Origin: Myxococcota bacterium
Lineage (GTDB): Bacteria; Myxococcota_A; UBA796; SXON01
NCBI GenBank assembly: GCA_040386535.1
Contig: JAZKFH010000002.1
Location: forward strand, 252,867-316,866
Direction: 5' to 3'
DNA length: 64,000 bases
A model generated the notes under the pieces. The model was given only the letters and a program-made list of their open reading frames with translations. It was not told the origin of the DNA and searched no databases. Below are positions 19,182 through 28,956 of this stretch, in pieces. How positions within the stretch are numbered: position 1 is the first letter of the stretch; each line of letters starts with the position of its first letter. A program made the position numbers and the translations under genes.

Positions 19182-21533
19182 TCACGCCGCCTTCGTCGCC
19201 CGCGCCCCCCGCACCCCGATCCCCGCCAACCCCACCGCCAGGAACGCCGCGATCCCGTAGGCGGCCAATGCCACGCCGTAGGCGAAGGTGTAACCATACA
19301 GGCGCGCGATGACGACGGTGGCGAGGCTGGCGAGCACCGACATCCAGCCGTTGATCGCCCAGGCCCACGGGATGGCAGGGGCCGCGGAGGCGCCGACGGA
19401 GCGGAGGGCGAGCGGGAACGGGGCGCCCATGATGAAGCCGAGGGGGAAGATGACGATGAACGTCAGCAACGCGCGGACGGCGATGGGGGCGCCGAGGGCC
19501 ACGGCGGCGAGCGCGGGCGGGGCGAACACGCCGCAGACGAGGCCGAGGGCGAGCACGCCGAAGAGCACCTTGCGGAGGCGACGCGCGGCGACGATCCCCT
19601 CCCCCGCGCTGGGCCCCGCGAGCCAGGTGCTGCCGAGGCCGGAGCCGAGCAACATGGCGAGGACGACGATGGTGATGGCGTAGGTGGGGTGGCCCACGAA
19701 CAAGACTAGCTGGTGGATGAGCACCGTTTCGAGGGCGAGGTAGCCGTAGCCGAGGCAGGCGACGTAGGCGAGCAGGCGGCCGGTGCCGACGACGCCGCGC
19801 ACCTCGGTGCGGCCACGCAGGGCCCACGGGAGGGCCACGAAGAGGCCGCCCGCGGCGAACACGAAGGCGAACTGGACGAAGACAGAGAGGTAGATCGTCG
19901 CGAGCGGATCCTCCTCGCTGGCGACGACGTTCGTGGCCCGGCCGAAGATGCGGCGGACGTCGCCCCAGGTGTCGACGTAGGGGCGGTCGTCCGTCATGGC
20001 GCGCTCGGCCATGAGCTTGGTCCACTCCTTGGGGGGGGTCTCCGCGTCGATCGGCCACGCGAGCTCGGCGCGCTCGAAGGTCGGGACCGCGGCGGCGAGG
20101 CGGGCGCGCTCCTCGGGCGTCCACGCGCGGGGGCGGACGAGGATGACCTGGCTGCGGCCCTTCACCCACGCGACGGCCTGCCACGGCTTCTCGACCCCGC
20201 GGAGCGACAACGCGGCGGACGCGGAGCGGGCGAGCGCCTCGGTCTGGGAGCCACGGCCGAAGGAGATGACGCCGTCGGGCTCGAGGTGGTCGAGGTAGGT
20301 GCCGAAGGCGTCCTGGGTCTCGAGCAGCGCGGGCGACCAGGTGTTCGCGAGGAGGCCGGCGGCGGACCAGAGGTTGGCGTGGACCATCTGGATGAGGCGG
20401 TACTTGTCGGGCGACGAGAGGATGGCGGCGCGGGCGTCGAGGTGGACGCGGCGCACGGTGCCGTCGGCGTAGGGGTTGACCGGCGAGCCGGCGAAACGTT
20501 CGGCGACCACGCGGAAGATGGCCGACTCCAGATCGATGGCCTCGATGTCGGTGAAGCCGGCGGCGCGCGCGACGGCCACTTCGGGGCCGGCGGACGCGGC
20601 GAGGATCGCGACCTTGCCGCCGGGCACGAGCACGTCGTACGCCATGCGACGGTTGGCCTGGTCGGTGAGCCGCGCGAGATCGGCCTCGGACATCGGCACG
20701 GCGGACGCGCTCGTGTTGTCGAGGAGGACGAGGGTCTCCTCCTTCGTCTCGTGCACGGCGAGGCGAACGAGGGGCGTCCACTCGGTGTAGGTGACACGGT
20801 CCTCGGAGAAGCCGACGGTCCGCACCACCTTGAGCACGTCCCCCGAGAGGCCGGCGATCGAGAGGCCGACGGAGCCCACGAGCATGACGACGGAGAGCCC
20901 TCTCCCGAGGCGATCGGCGCCGAACGACACGAGCGCGCCGACGGCGGCGAGCGCCGCGACGACGAAGGCCACGTCGGGACCGGCGAGCACGCTCAACACG
21001 GGGAGGAACAGCACGGCCGCGAGCGCCCCACCGACGAGATCGGCGCCGTAGAGCACGCCGATGTGCTCGCGGAGGCGCTGGAACACGCCGGCGAACGCGA
21101 GGCCGGCGAACGCGAACGGCACCGACAGGATGGGGAGGAGCGCGGCGAACCACCCCTGGTGGAGCAGCTCGGCCTTCTTGGACGAGGTGTCCTGGTAGGT
21201 GGTGAGCGGGCCGTCGGGGATCTGGAGCACGGGGAAGTGCAGGACGGCGAGCACGGCGAGGACCGTGGACACGCCGAGGCCGAGGCCGATCCAGCCGAGG
21301 CGGCGCTCCAAGCCACGCTCGGGCACGAGCGAGGGCCACAGGTGCTGGGCGACTGCGCCCACGCCGGTGCCGAGCAATGCGAGCGCGAGCGCGAGGTGCG
21401 CGAACGACGCGAACAGGACCACCGCGAACAGGCGCGTGAGGAGCAATTCGTAGAGGAGCAGGCACAAGCTGTAGAGGAAGACCGCGGCGAGTACGCGGCG
21501 GGACACGGGCGCCTGTTCCGGAAGGGCTGACAT
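19182..21533 (-). CDS. Membrane protein with central spermidine-synthase-like/SAM-methyltransferase domain
   Basis: N-terminal TM bundle (LLYELLLTRLF, LYGADLVGG), central Rossmann domain (DIEAIDLE, HLDARAAI, YLDHLEPDGVISF, TDDRPY) and C-terminal TM bundle (LFVGHPTYA, WAWAINGWMSV). ATG 21533 overlaps the upstream stop. Confidence 0.85.
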   Translation of the reverse strand: MSALPEQAPVSRRVLAAVFLYSLCLLLYELLLTRLFAVVLFASFAHLALALALLGTGVGAVAQHLWPSLVPERGLERRLGWIGLGLGVSTVLAVLAVLHFPVLQIPDGPLTTYQDTSSKKAELLHQGWFAALLPILSVPFAFAGLAFAGVFQRLREHIGVLYGADLVGGALAAVLFLPVLSVLAGPDVAFVVAALAAVGALVSFGADRLGRGLSVVMLVGSVGLSIAGLSGDVLKVVRTVGFSEDRVTYTEWTPLVRLAVHETKEETLVLLDNTSASAVPMSEADLARLTDQANRRMAYDVLVPGGKVAILAASAGPEVAVARAAGFTDIEAIDLESAIFRVVAERFAGSPVNPYADGTVRRVHLDARAAILSSPDKYRLIQMVHANLWSAAGLLANTWSPALLETQDAFGTYLDHLEPDGVISFGRGSQTEALARSASAALSLRGVEKPWQAVAWVKGRSQVILVRPRAWTPEERARLAAAVPTFERAELAWPIDAETPPKEWTKLMAERAMTDDRPYVDTWGDVRRIFGRATNVVASEEDPLATIYLSVFVQFAFVFAAGGLFVALPWALRGRTEVRGVVGTGRLLAYVACLGYGYLALETVLIHQLVLFVGHPTYAITIVVLAMLLGSGLGSTWLAGPSAGEGIVAARRLRKVLFGVLALGLVCGVFAPPALAAVALGAPIAVRALLTFIVIFPLGFIMGAPFPLALRSVGASAAPAIPWAWAINGWMSVLASLATVVIARLYGYTFAYGVALAAYGIAAFLAVGLAGIGVRGARATKAA

Positions 21534-22693
21534 CAACCTGCGACTCCTCTCACGATCAATCCCTGGCGGGAGGCCCAGGCGCCGATATCCTGCCGCTGGA
21601 TCGCCGCCGCGAGGAGCGGCGCCAGCTTGTCGGGCGTGCACGCGAAGCTCGGGATGCCGAGCGCCGCGAGCTTCGCCGCGTTGGCCGCGTCGTAGCTCGG
21701 CGCGCCGTCGTCGGAGAGGGCGAGCAGCACCACGAGATTGACCCCGGAGGCGACCAGCGCCGCCGCGCGACGCAACATGCCAGCCTGATCCCCGCCTTCG
21801 TACAAGTCCGTCACGAGCACCATGACGGTGTCGCGCGGCCGATCGATGATGGCGGTGCAGTAGCCGAGCGCCTTGTGGATGTCCGTCCCCCCGCCGAGCT
21901 GGGTGCCGAACAGGAGCTCGACGGGGTCCTTCAGATCCTCGGTCAGGTCGACCACGGCGGTGTCGAACACCACCATGCGCGTACGGAGCGCGCGGATGCT
22001 CGCCAACACGGCCCCAGCAATGCCCGCGTACACGAGGCTGGTCGCCATCGACCCGCTCTGGTCGACACACAACACCACGTCCCGCAAGGCGGTGGTGCGC
22101 GGCCGGAAGCCGACGAGCCGCTCGGCGACGAGGATCTTGCGGTCGGGCTGCCAATTGCGGAGGTTCTTGCGGATCGTGCGGTCCCAATCGATGGCGTTGG
22201 CCTTGGGGCGGTTGGTGCGCCGGCTCTTGTCCAACGCGCCCCGGATCGCCGACACCAGCGGCTCGCGGAGCTGGCGCTCGACATCGGAGACCACGCGGCG
22301 CACGACCTTGCGCGCGGTGTGCTTCGTGCGCTCGGGGATGACCTTGGAGAGCGACAACAACGTGGCGACCAGCCCCACGTCGGGCTCGCAGCCCTCCAAC
22401 AGCTCGGGCTCCAGCAACAGCTGCTTGAGTTGGAGGCGGTTGATCGCGTCCTCCTGCAGCACACGTACGACGCTGGACGGGAAATACGTGCGGATGTCAC
22501 CCAACCAACGCGTGACGTTGGGGCTAGAGGACCCGAGGCCGGCCTTCTTGTCGGAGTCGTAGATGGCGTGGAGCGTGCGGTCCATGCCGAGCGCGTCGCC
22601 GTCGAGCTTGAAGCCGAGCGCGGCCTGGGCGGGCTCGCCGAGGACGAGGCGCCAGCGTTGCAAGCGTGTGTCCGGCGACACAGGATCACTCAC
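21533..22693 (-). CDS. yehP: vWA (CoxE-like) domain protein, YehP-like
   Basis: RWRLVLG N-terminus, IDWDRTIRKNL, MIDAS DQSGSM, GGGTDI and LVTDLYEG. GTG start overlaps the upstream stop. Confidence 0.85.
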   Translation of the reverse strand: MSDPVSPDTRLQRWRLVLGEPAQAALGFKLDGDALGMDRTLHAIYDSDKKAGLGSSSPNVTRWLGDIRTYFPSSVVRVLQEDAINRLQLKQLLLEPELLEGCEPDVGLVATLLSLSKVIPERTKHTARKVVRRVVSDVERQLREPLVSAIRGALDKSRRTNRPKANAIDWDRTIRKNLRNWQPDRKILVAERLVGFRPRTTALRDVVLCVDQSGSMATSLVYAGIAGAVLASIRALRTRMVVFDTAVVDLTEDLKDPVELLFGTQLGGGTDIHKALGYCTAIIDRPRDTVMVLVTDLYEGGDQAGMLRRAAALVASGVNLVVLLALSDDGAPSYDAANAAKLAALGIPSFACTPDKLAPLLAAAIQRQDIGAWASRQGLIVRGVAG

Positions 22694-25008
22694 GACACCC
22701 CCAGGATCGCGCGAAGCACGGGAAGGACGAGCCGGGCGCGCTCGGGGTGGAGCTCTACCGTTGCCGCGGTGGCGACGCGGGCGGCCCCGCCGAAGGATTT
22801 GATCTTGAGGCCCATCCGCGCGCGTTCGGGGACGGTGAAGCTGGAGAAGGCGCGACGGAGCACGGGGAGGAGCGTGGTGAAGCCCTCGTCGTCCAAGCCG
22901 GCGAGCCAGCCGTCGAGCACGCGCCAGAGCTCGTCCAGGTGCAGCAGCAGCGTGGCCCCGCCGAGCAGGAGGCCTTCGACCCACGCGGCGGCGTCGGCGG
23001 GCTCGACGGCGAAGGAGAGGTTTCGGCGCGCGACCCGCTCCAGCGCGTCGTCCGCGAGCACGCGGGTGTCGACGGCGAGGCGCGCCGCGTATCCGCGGAC
23101 CATCGCGTGGCCCGCGTCGGCCTCGGCCATGTCCAACAGCAGCGCCAGCCACTCCTCGCGCTGGCCAGGGCGCGCGGCGGTCGCGATGGCGTCGCCGATC
23201 TGCTTCATCGCCTCGGTGCGCGAGGTGGCGGTCGCCGTGTCGATGCCCTGGCACGCGAGCGGGAGCCCGACCAGGACCCGCTCCACGAGCCCGTCGAAGA
23301 TGGGGAGCACCGCGTCGACCCTGGTGCCGCGCACGTCGCCGTAGCGGGACACCTGCGCGAGCGGGGGCAGCGCGTTCGCGAGGTACGCCACGTCGGTGGA
23401 GGCCGCGGAGAGCGCCTGGATGCGGTGCAGCACGGGATCGATCGCGCCGTCGAGCTCGGCGAGCAGCGCCCGATCGAGCAGCGGTGCTACGCGATCGAGC
23501 CGGTCGGCGGACTCCGCGTCGTTCACGAGCCGCGCCTCGGCCGCGCTCTCGACCGTCGCGCCCCAGATGCTCGCCTCCACGATGCGGATGACGAATTCCG
23601 GGTCCCAGTCGAGCGTCCACGCCTCGCGGAAGTTGCCCGCGGTCCGGGCGACCGATTGGGGCGTGCCCCAGGGCACCTCGAGGACGCGGAGCTGGTGGAG
23701 CAGCCGGGAGCGCTTGCGCCCGCCGGGCTCGCGCAGATCGACCTCGATGGAGACCGCGCCGCCCGCCGCGGGCTTGAGGCGGACGGAGGCCTGGCGCTCC
23801 TCCAGATCGCGCTGGATGGGGAGCGTCGGCACCGATGCGGGCACGGCGCCGAGCGCGCTCCCGACGACGAGCGTGTCCCGCACGAGCGCCATCGGGGCGT
23901 CGTCTCCGCGGCAGAGCACGCTGCGCACGGCCTCCTGGAGCTCGCCGAGGCCCACCGCCGGCCGCCCACGCAGCCCCGCGAGCGCCTCCGCGAGCCGCAC
24001 CGCCTCGATCACGCTCGCGCTCGACGCGTCGAGATCCTGACCCCGCAACAGGCGCGCGGCCTCGCTCACCCAGCGAATCGACGCGCGATCGGGGCTGTCC
24101 CAGAGGTGGCCGTACCACGCCGGCGAGCTGACGCCCGCGCCGTAGCCCGTCTCGACCGCGAGGCGCTTGTTGGTCCACGGGACCCAGGTGGCCGCAACCT
24201 TGACCTTGGGGAGGCCCTTCAGCAGCTCGTCGTCGGCCTTCTTGGTGTGAGCCGCGGCGCCGGGCCCTTCCAGCACCGGCGCATGCCACGCGCCGCACAC
24301 CACCGCGATCCGCGCGTGGCCGGCCTTCTGGGCCTCGCGGATCGTGCGGCGCATCCACGCCTCGCGGCGGGCCTCGCGCTCCTGTCTGGGCCCGCGCTCG
24401 GGCGCCTCCGCGCGCAGGGCCCGCATCAACTCGAGCACCGCGTCGAACACACCCGTCGCGTCGCGGCGGGACTCGATCTGGGCGTCCCACCAGCCGTCGC
24501 GCTCGTCGTAGCCGGCGGCGAGGGAGAGCAGGCCGAGGGGGTCGCGGCGCAAAGGGTCGAGATCGGTGGGCTCTGACGCGGCGGGATCGTCCTCGTCGGC
24601 GGCGGGGTCGACCACCGGCGCCGTTTCGACGCCCTCGTCGTCGTCTGTCACCACCGGAGTGGGTTCGGGCGGCGCCTGGACCGGATCCGATGCCCGGAGC
24701 TGGAACGTCTGGGGGAGGTCACAAAAGCGGACGGGGACGCCGCGGCCCACCGCCCACCGGAGCGCGTTCCACTCGGGCGAGAACCGCGCGAGCGGGAAGA
24801 AGACGGCGCGCTTGGGATCGTCGACCGCGTGGACCAGGATCGCGACGGGAGGCACCAGATCGGGGTCGGCCACGAACGGGATGAGCGCGTCCGCGTCGGG
24901 CGGGCCTTCGACGAGCAGGCAGTCGGGCTCCCACGCGTCGAGCGCCGCCACGAGCGCGCGCGACGACCCGGGGCCGTGGTGCCGGATGCCGAAGACCCGG
25001 ATGGACAC
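22690..25008 (-). CDS. yehM: DUF5682 family protein, YehM-like
   Basis: FGIRHHGPGS, LVEGPPD, PLARFSPEW, REAWM, VVCGAWH and GYGAGV. GTG start at 25008. Confidence 0.85.
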   Translation of the reverse strand: MSIRVFGIRHHGPGSSRALVAALDAWEPDCLLVEGPPDADALIPFVADPDLVPPVAILVHAVDDPKRAVFFPLARFSPEWNALRWAVGRGVPVRFCDLPQTFQLRASDPVQAPPEPTPVVTDDDEGVETAPVVDPAADEDDPAASEPTDLDPLRRDPLGLLSLAAGYDERDGWWDAQIESRRDATGVFDAVLELMRALRAEAPERGPRQEREARREAWMRRTIREAQKAGHARIAVVCGAWHAPVLEGPGAAAHTKKADDELLKGLPKVKVAATWVPWTNKRLAVETGYGAGVSSPAWYGHLWDSPDRASIRWVSEAARLLRGQDLDASSASVIEAVRLAEALAGLRGRPAVGLGELQEAVRSVLCRGDDAPMALVRDTLVVGSALGAVPASVPTLPIQRDLEERQASVRLKPAAGGAVSIEVDLREPGGRKRSRLLHQLRVLEVPWGTPQSVARTAGNFREAWTLDWDPEFVIRIVEASIWGATVESAAEARLVNDAESADRLDRVAPLLDRALLAELDGAIDPVLHRIQALSAASTDVAYLANALPPLAQVSRYGDVRGTRVDAVLPIFDGLVERVLVGLPLACQGIDTATATSRTEAMKQIGDAIATAARPGQREEWLALLLDMAEADAGHAMVRGYAARLAVDTRVLADDALERVARRNLSFAVEPADAAAWVEGLLLGGATLLLHLDELWRVLDGWLAGLDDEGFTTLLPVLRRAFSSFTVPERARMGLKIKSFGGAARVATAATVELHPERARLVLPVLRAILGVS

Positions 25009-26141
25009 TACGCCACGTCCATGCAGGCGCGGTAAAGGTCGCGCCAGCCCTGGCGCTCCTTCACGACGGTCTTGAGGTATTCGACCCAAACTACCCGATC
25101 TTGCACGGGATCCTTCACGATCGCGCCGGTGATCGCGGCGGCGAGATCGGCGGCGCGGAGCTGGCCGTCGCCGTAGTAGCCGGCCATCGAGAGGCCGTGG
25201 TTCATCACGGAGATGGCCTCGGCGGTGGAGAGCGAGCCCGACGGCGACTTGAGCTTGGTGCCGCCGTCGAGCGTCTGGCCGTCGCGCAGCTCGCGGAAGA
25301 TGGTGACGAGGCGGCGCACCTCCTCGATCGGCGCGCGCTCGACCGGCAGCTGGAGCGTGCGGCCGTACTCGGACACGCGGCGGGTCACGATGTCGACCTC
25401 CTCCTCGATGGTGGCCGGCGTCGGGAGCACGACGATGTTGAAGCGGCGCTGGAGAGCCGAGGAGAGCTCGTTGACGCCACGATCGCGGTTGTTCGCGGTC
25501 GCAATGACGTTGAAGCCGCGCCGCGCCTGCACCTCGGTGTCGAGCTCGGGCACGGGGAGCGTCTTCTCGGAGAGCAGCGTGATGAGCGTGTCCTGCACGT
25601 CGGCGCCGATGCGGGTGAGCTCCTCGATGCGGGCGATCTTGCCCTCCTTCATCGCGCGCATCATCGGCGAGGCCACCATCGCCTTTTCGGAGGGGCCCTC
25701 CGACAACAAGCGGGCGTAGTTCCAGCCGTACCGGAGCGCGCTCTCGTCCGTGCCCGCGGTGCCCTGGATGAGCATCGTGGAGTCGCCCGAGATGGCCGCC
25801 GCGAGGTGCTCGCTGACCCACGACTTGGCCGTGCCCGGCACGCCGAGCAGCAACAGGGCGCGGTCGGTGACGAGCGTGGCGATGGCGATCTCGATGAGGC
25901 GCGCGTTGCCGATGTACTTGGGGCTCACCTCGAAGCCGGAGGAGAGCCTGCCCCCGAGGAGGTAGGTGCGGACGGCCCAGGGGGAGAGCTTCCAGCTCTG
26001 GGGGCGCGGCTTGTCGTCGACCTCGGCGAGGGCGGCGAGCTCGTCCGCGAAGGCGTCCTCGGCGTGGCGACGGAGGACCTCGGGCCCGCTCGACACGTCG
26101 TTACCGTGCGGCGTTTGCTCGCCCGCGGGGTTTTCGCTCAT
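25008..26141 (-). CDS. yehL: MoxR-family AAA+ ATPase, YehL-like
   Basis: Walker A GVPGTAKS, LRYGWNYA, Walker B RIEELTR, and TANNRDRGVNELSSALQRRF. Confidence 0.92.
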   Translation of the reverse strand: MSENPAGEQTPHGNDVSSGPEVLRRHAEDAFADELAALAEVDDKPRPQSWKLSPWAVRTYLLGGRLSSGFEVSPKYIGNARLIEIAIATLVTDRALLLLGVPGTAKSWVSEHLAAAISGDSTMLIQGTAGTDESALRYGWNYARLLSEGPSEKAMVASPMMRAMKEGKIARIEELTRIGADVQDTLITLLSEKTLPVPELDTEVQARRGFNVIATANNRDRGVNELSSALQRRFNIVVLPTPATIEEEVDIVTRRVSEYGRTLQLPVERAPIEEVRRLVTIFRELRDGQTLDGGTKLKSPSGSLSTAEAISVMNHGLSMAGYYGDGQLRAADLAAAITGAIVKDPVQDRVVWVEYLKTVVKERQGWRDLYRACMDVA

Positions 26142-27604
26142 GGGGACAGCTCCAGGTACAGGCGGCGGCGCAGGTCGACCGCGACACACATCGGGTCGAG
26201 CCAGCTGCGGTGGGGGTGAAAGGCGGGATCGGCGCGCAGCAGGAGCAGCGCCTCGAAGGCGACGGGCGGGAGCGCGCGGGCGGCGAGCTCGGCGGTGGCG
26301 CGGAGCTTCGGCGGGTCGGACCGGAGCAGCGTGACGAACGCGTGCGCCAGCTCGGCGCTCCAGGGGGTCGGGAGCGCGCCGAGGAGCGCGACGCCATCGG
26401 GCTCGCGGAGCAGGCGGGCCACGCGGCGCTCGGCCTCTTCGGGCGGCAGGGCGCGCACCACGGCGAGCCGATCGGGGCGCAGCGTATCGCCGCCAGGGGG
26501 CGCGAACGGGAAGAGGGCGGCGAGCCACGCAACGTTGCCAGGGGAGTCGCGGCCAGGGAGGTCCCGGGCGAGGAGGGCGCCGCGGAGCAGGCCCGCCAGC
26601 ATCGGCTCGCGCCAGTCCCCGCCGTCGAGCAGCGGGAGCACCTCTTGCGGCGTTCTCCCTGGGAAGATCACGGCGGGCGGCACGCGCCCCACGAGCTGGA
26701 CGAGCCACCACGCGCGGGCGCCGACACCCTTGGGGGGCTTCTCGACGATCGCGTCCTTCGCCCACGTCGGATCGAAGATCTCGGGCGGCTCGACGGCGAG
26801 CGTGGGGGCGCCGCCCGTCTTCTCGCTGAGCTGCACGTAGGGAGCGAGCGTGGCGACGGCGCGCGCGGCCAGGGCGGAGCCGGGCAACGCGGCGAGGCGC
26901 TCGGCGGCGCGTTCGCGGACGCCGGCGGAGCGATCGGCGAGGGCGGCGGTGAAGAGCGGCTCATCCTCCGGGCGGGCGGGGCCAAGGGCGTCGAGCATGG
27001 CCAGCCGCACGTCGGGGGCGTCGGTGGCGAGGGCGGCCTGGACGAGGGCAACGGCGTGGTCGGGATCCTGGGCGCGCAGGAGCCCGAGGGCGGCGATCCG
27101 TTCGGGGCGCGTGCCGGTCTCCACGCGGGCGACGAGCGTGGGGAGATCGGGCACGTGGAGGCGGCTGGACCATGTCCGGTTCTGGGCGAGGAGCCAGGCC
27201 CCGCGCGCGCCGACGACGGCATGGATCAGGGCGGGCGGCGCCGCGCTGGCGAGGGCGGCGGGGAGCAGGATCGGCGGCAGGATCTGGCCTCGCGCGGCGA
27301 CGACACGCATGGCCTCGATGTCCAGGCCGCTGCCGACGCGGAAGGCCTCGCGGAGCACGGGGACGGCGCTGGCGGGCACGCTCGGGAAGGTCTCCGGCGG
27401 CGCGACGTTGGTCGGGACGGGACGCTGGGCGACGAGGCGCCCGGCACGGCGTTCGAGGGCCCGGGCGCCGGCGCGGAGCAGGAGGGCCTCCGCGGGGGCG
27501 AGCGTGGAGAGGGTGGCGACGAGCGCCTCGGCCTCGCCGACGGGCTCGGGCAGCTCGCCGCCGTTCTGGAGGCCGACGAGGGCGGCGCGGACGAGCGGAT
27601 CCAC
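26138..27604 (-). CDS. DUF5691-like HEAT-repeat protein
   Basis: GARGAWLLAQN..W, DEPLFTAALADRSAGVRERAA and RAWWLVQLVG. Position in the yeh-type operon. Confidence 0.75.
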   Translation of the reverse strand: MDPLVRAALVGLQNGGELPEPVGEAEALVATLSTLAPAEALLLRAGARALERRAGRLVAQRPVPTNVAPPETFPSVPASAVPVLREAFRVGSGLDIEAMRVVAARGQILPPILLPAALASAAPPALIHAVVGARGAWLLAQNRTWSSRLHVPDLPTLVARVETGTRPERIAALGLLRAQDPDHAVALVQAALATDAPDVRLAMLDALGPARPEDEPLFTAALADRSAGVRERAAERLAALPGSALAARAVATLAPYVQLSEKTGGAPTLAVEPPEIFDPTWAKDAIVEKPPKGVGARAWWLVQLVGRVPPAVIFPGRTPQEVLPLLDGGDWREPMLAGLLRGALLARDLPGRDSPGNVAWLAALFPFAPPGGDTLRPDRLAVVRALPPEEAERRVARLLREPDGVALLGALPTPWSAELAHAFVTLLRSDPPKLRATAELAARALPPVAFEALLLLRADPAFHPHRSWLDPMCVAVDLRRRLYLELSP

Positions 27605-28911
27605 TACGCGCCTCCGTCGTCGGAGCTGGCGCGCAACGGGACCAGCTGATCGCCGTCCCGCACCGAGAGGAGCGTCACGAAGTCGGGGCCCCACTCCACC
27701 GCGATGTCGACGGGGTGGCCGCCCGAGAGCGCGAGGAGCATCCACATCGCGGTGCCGCCGAGCACGGCGAGCGCGCCCCCCTCGGCGTCGACGAGCCAGA
27801 AGCCGGCGCTGTCCCGCACGGGGACAACATCGCGGAGGATGGCCGCGCGCGAGGAGAGCCAGGGGCGCCGCGCGAGGGCGCCCGCGAGGTCATCGTAGAG
27901 GCGCTCGATGCGATCGGGGCCGCGGAGCGTGGGGGCGCCGGAGGGTTTGCCGGTGCGCTCGACGACCAGCGCGCGCTCGCCCTCTGGGAAGAACGCGAGC
28001 GTGCCCGCGAACCCCTGCCCCGCCGCCAGCGCCGTCGCGAAGGGCTGGCTCCCTGGCGCGAACTGGAGCACCAACGCGACCGTGCCGGTGTTGGTCCCGA
28101 CGAGCCACGAGCGCTGGGACCGCAAGCGGCCGTCGTCCTCCTCCGTCTGGCCGACGATCCACCAGTCGTCCGCCACCCGCTCGCCCGCGCGGAGCACGTC
28201 ATCCGCCGCGTACGGCACCCCCGCGAGGGTGCGCACCTCGATCGCGAGCTCCGGCGGGAGCGTCCCGTGGGCTGCCACGGCGCGCCCGAGGAGCGCCAGG
28301 AGCCCCAGCTCGTCGAGCAGGCGGGCCGGCCAGTCGTCGTTTCCGCCCACGTGTTCGGCCAGCCCGCGCACCCTCCCCGCCAGCCCCGCCGCCTTCGCGT
28401 CGACCAGCCGCGCGGCCTGCCGCTCCCACGGCGTATTCGCCTCGACCGTCGCGAGGCCGTCCCGCACGAGATCCGCGAGCCAGCGCTGCATCGTCGCGAC
28501 GCCGTCCCCCATGCCGTCGAGCCGCTTGACCTGCCGGGCGAGCGCCGCCTCGGCGTCGACGGGGGCGCTCGACACGTCGGCCTTCTTCGCGGCGCGGGTG
28601 GTGCGGCCCGCGATCCACGTCGCCACATCGTCCGGCGGCGTGGCCGCGTTCACCGCGCCCATGGCGTGCAACAGGAGGAGCCCGAGGGCGTGTTTGCACG
28701 GGAACTTGCGGCTCGGGCAGCTGCACTTGCTGGCGTTGTCCGAGAGATCGACGAGCACGGTGTAGACCGCGCTCCCCTGGCACTTGCCCCAGAGCGCGCG
28801 GTCGTCATGGCCCGCCGCGCTCCAATCACGCGGGTTGGCGGCCTTGCGGCCCGCGGCCACGCTCGAGGCGTCCGGAGCGAGCGCGAGGACCTGGTCCGGG
28901 GTGAGCGACAC
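27604..28911 (-). CDS. yehQ: SWIM zinc-finger protein, YehQ-like
   Basis: LAPDASS, LWGKCQGS and SWIM motif CSCPSRKFPCKHALGL. Confidence 0.88.
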   Translation of the reverse strand: MSLTPDQVLALAPDASSVAAGRKAANPRDWSAAGHDDRALWGKCQGSAVYTVLVDLSDNASKCSCPSRKFPCKHALGLLLLHAMGAVNAATPPDDVATWIAGRTTRAAKKADVSSAPVDAEAALARQVKRLDGMGDGVATMQRWLADLVRDGLATVEANTPWERQAARLVDAKAAGLAGRVRGLAEHVGGNDDWPARLLDELGLLALLGRAVAAHGTLPPELAIEVRTLAGVPYAADDVLRAGERVADDWWIVGQTEEDDGRLRSQRSWLVGTNTGTVALVLQFAPGSQPFATALAAGQGFAGTLAFFPEGERALVVERTGKPSGAPTLRGPDRIERLYDDLAGALARRPWLSSRAAILRDVVPVRDSAGFWLVDAEGGALAVLGGTAMWMLLALSGGHPVDIAVEWGPDFVTLLSVRDGDQLVPLRASSDDGGA

Positions 28912-28956
28912 GGGGCCCGAACGTAGCGCGACGCGACCGTCGGGACACGCGGCGGA

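Noticed and set aside
21533..27745. Extended N-termini given by the ORF track for the yeh-type genes (also for pglX, fumA and the GT39 gene)
   Set aside because: The extensions overlap neighbouring genes and are low-complexity; starts were reset to coupled ATG/GTG codons at the family N-termini.
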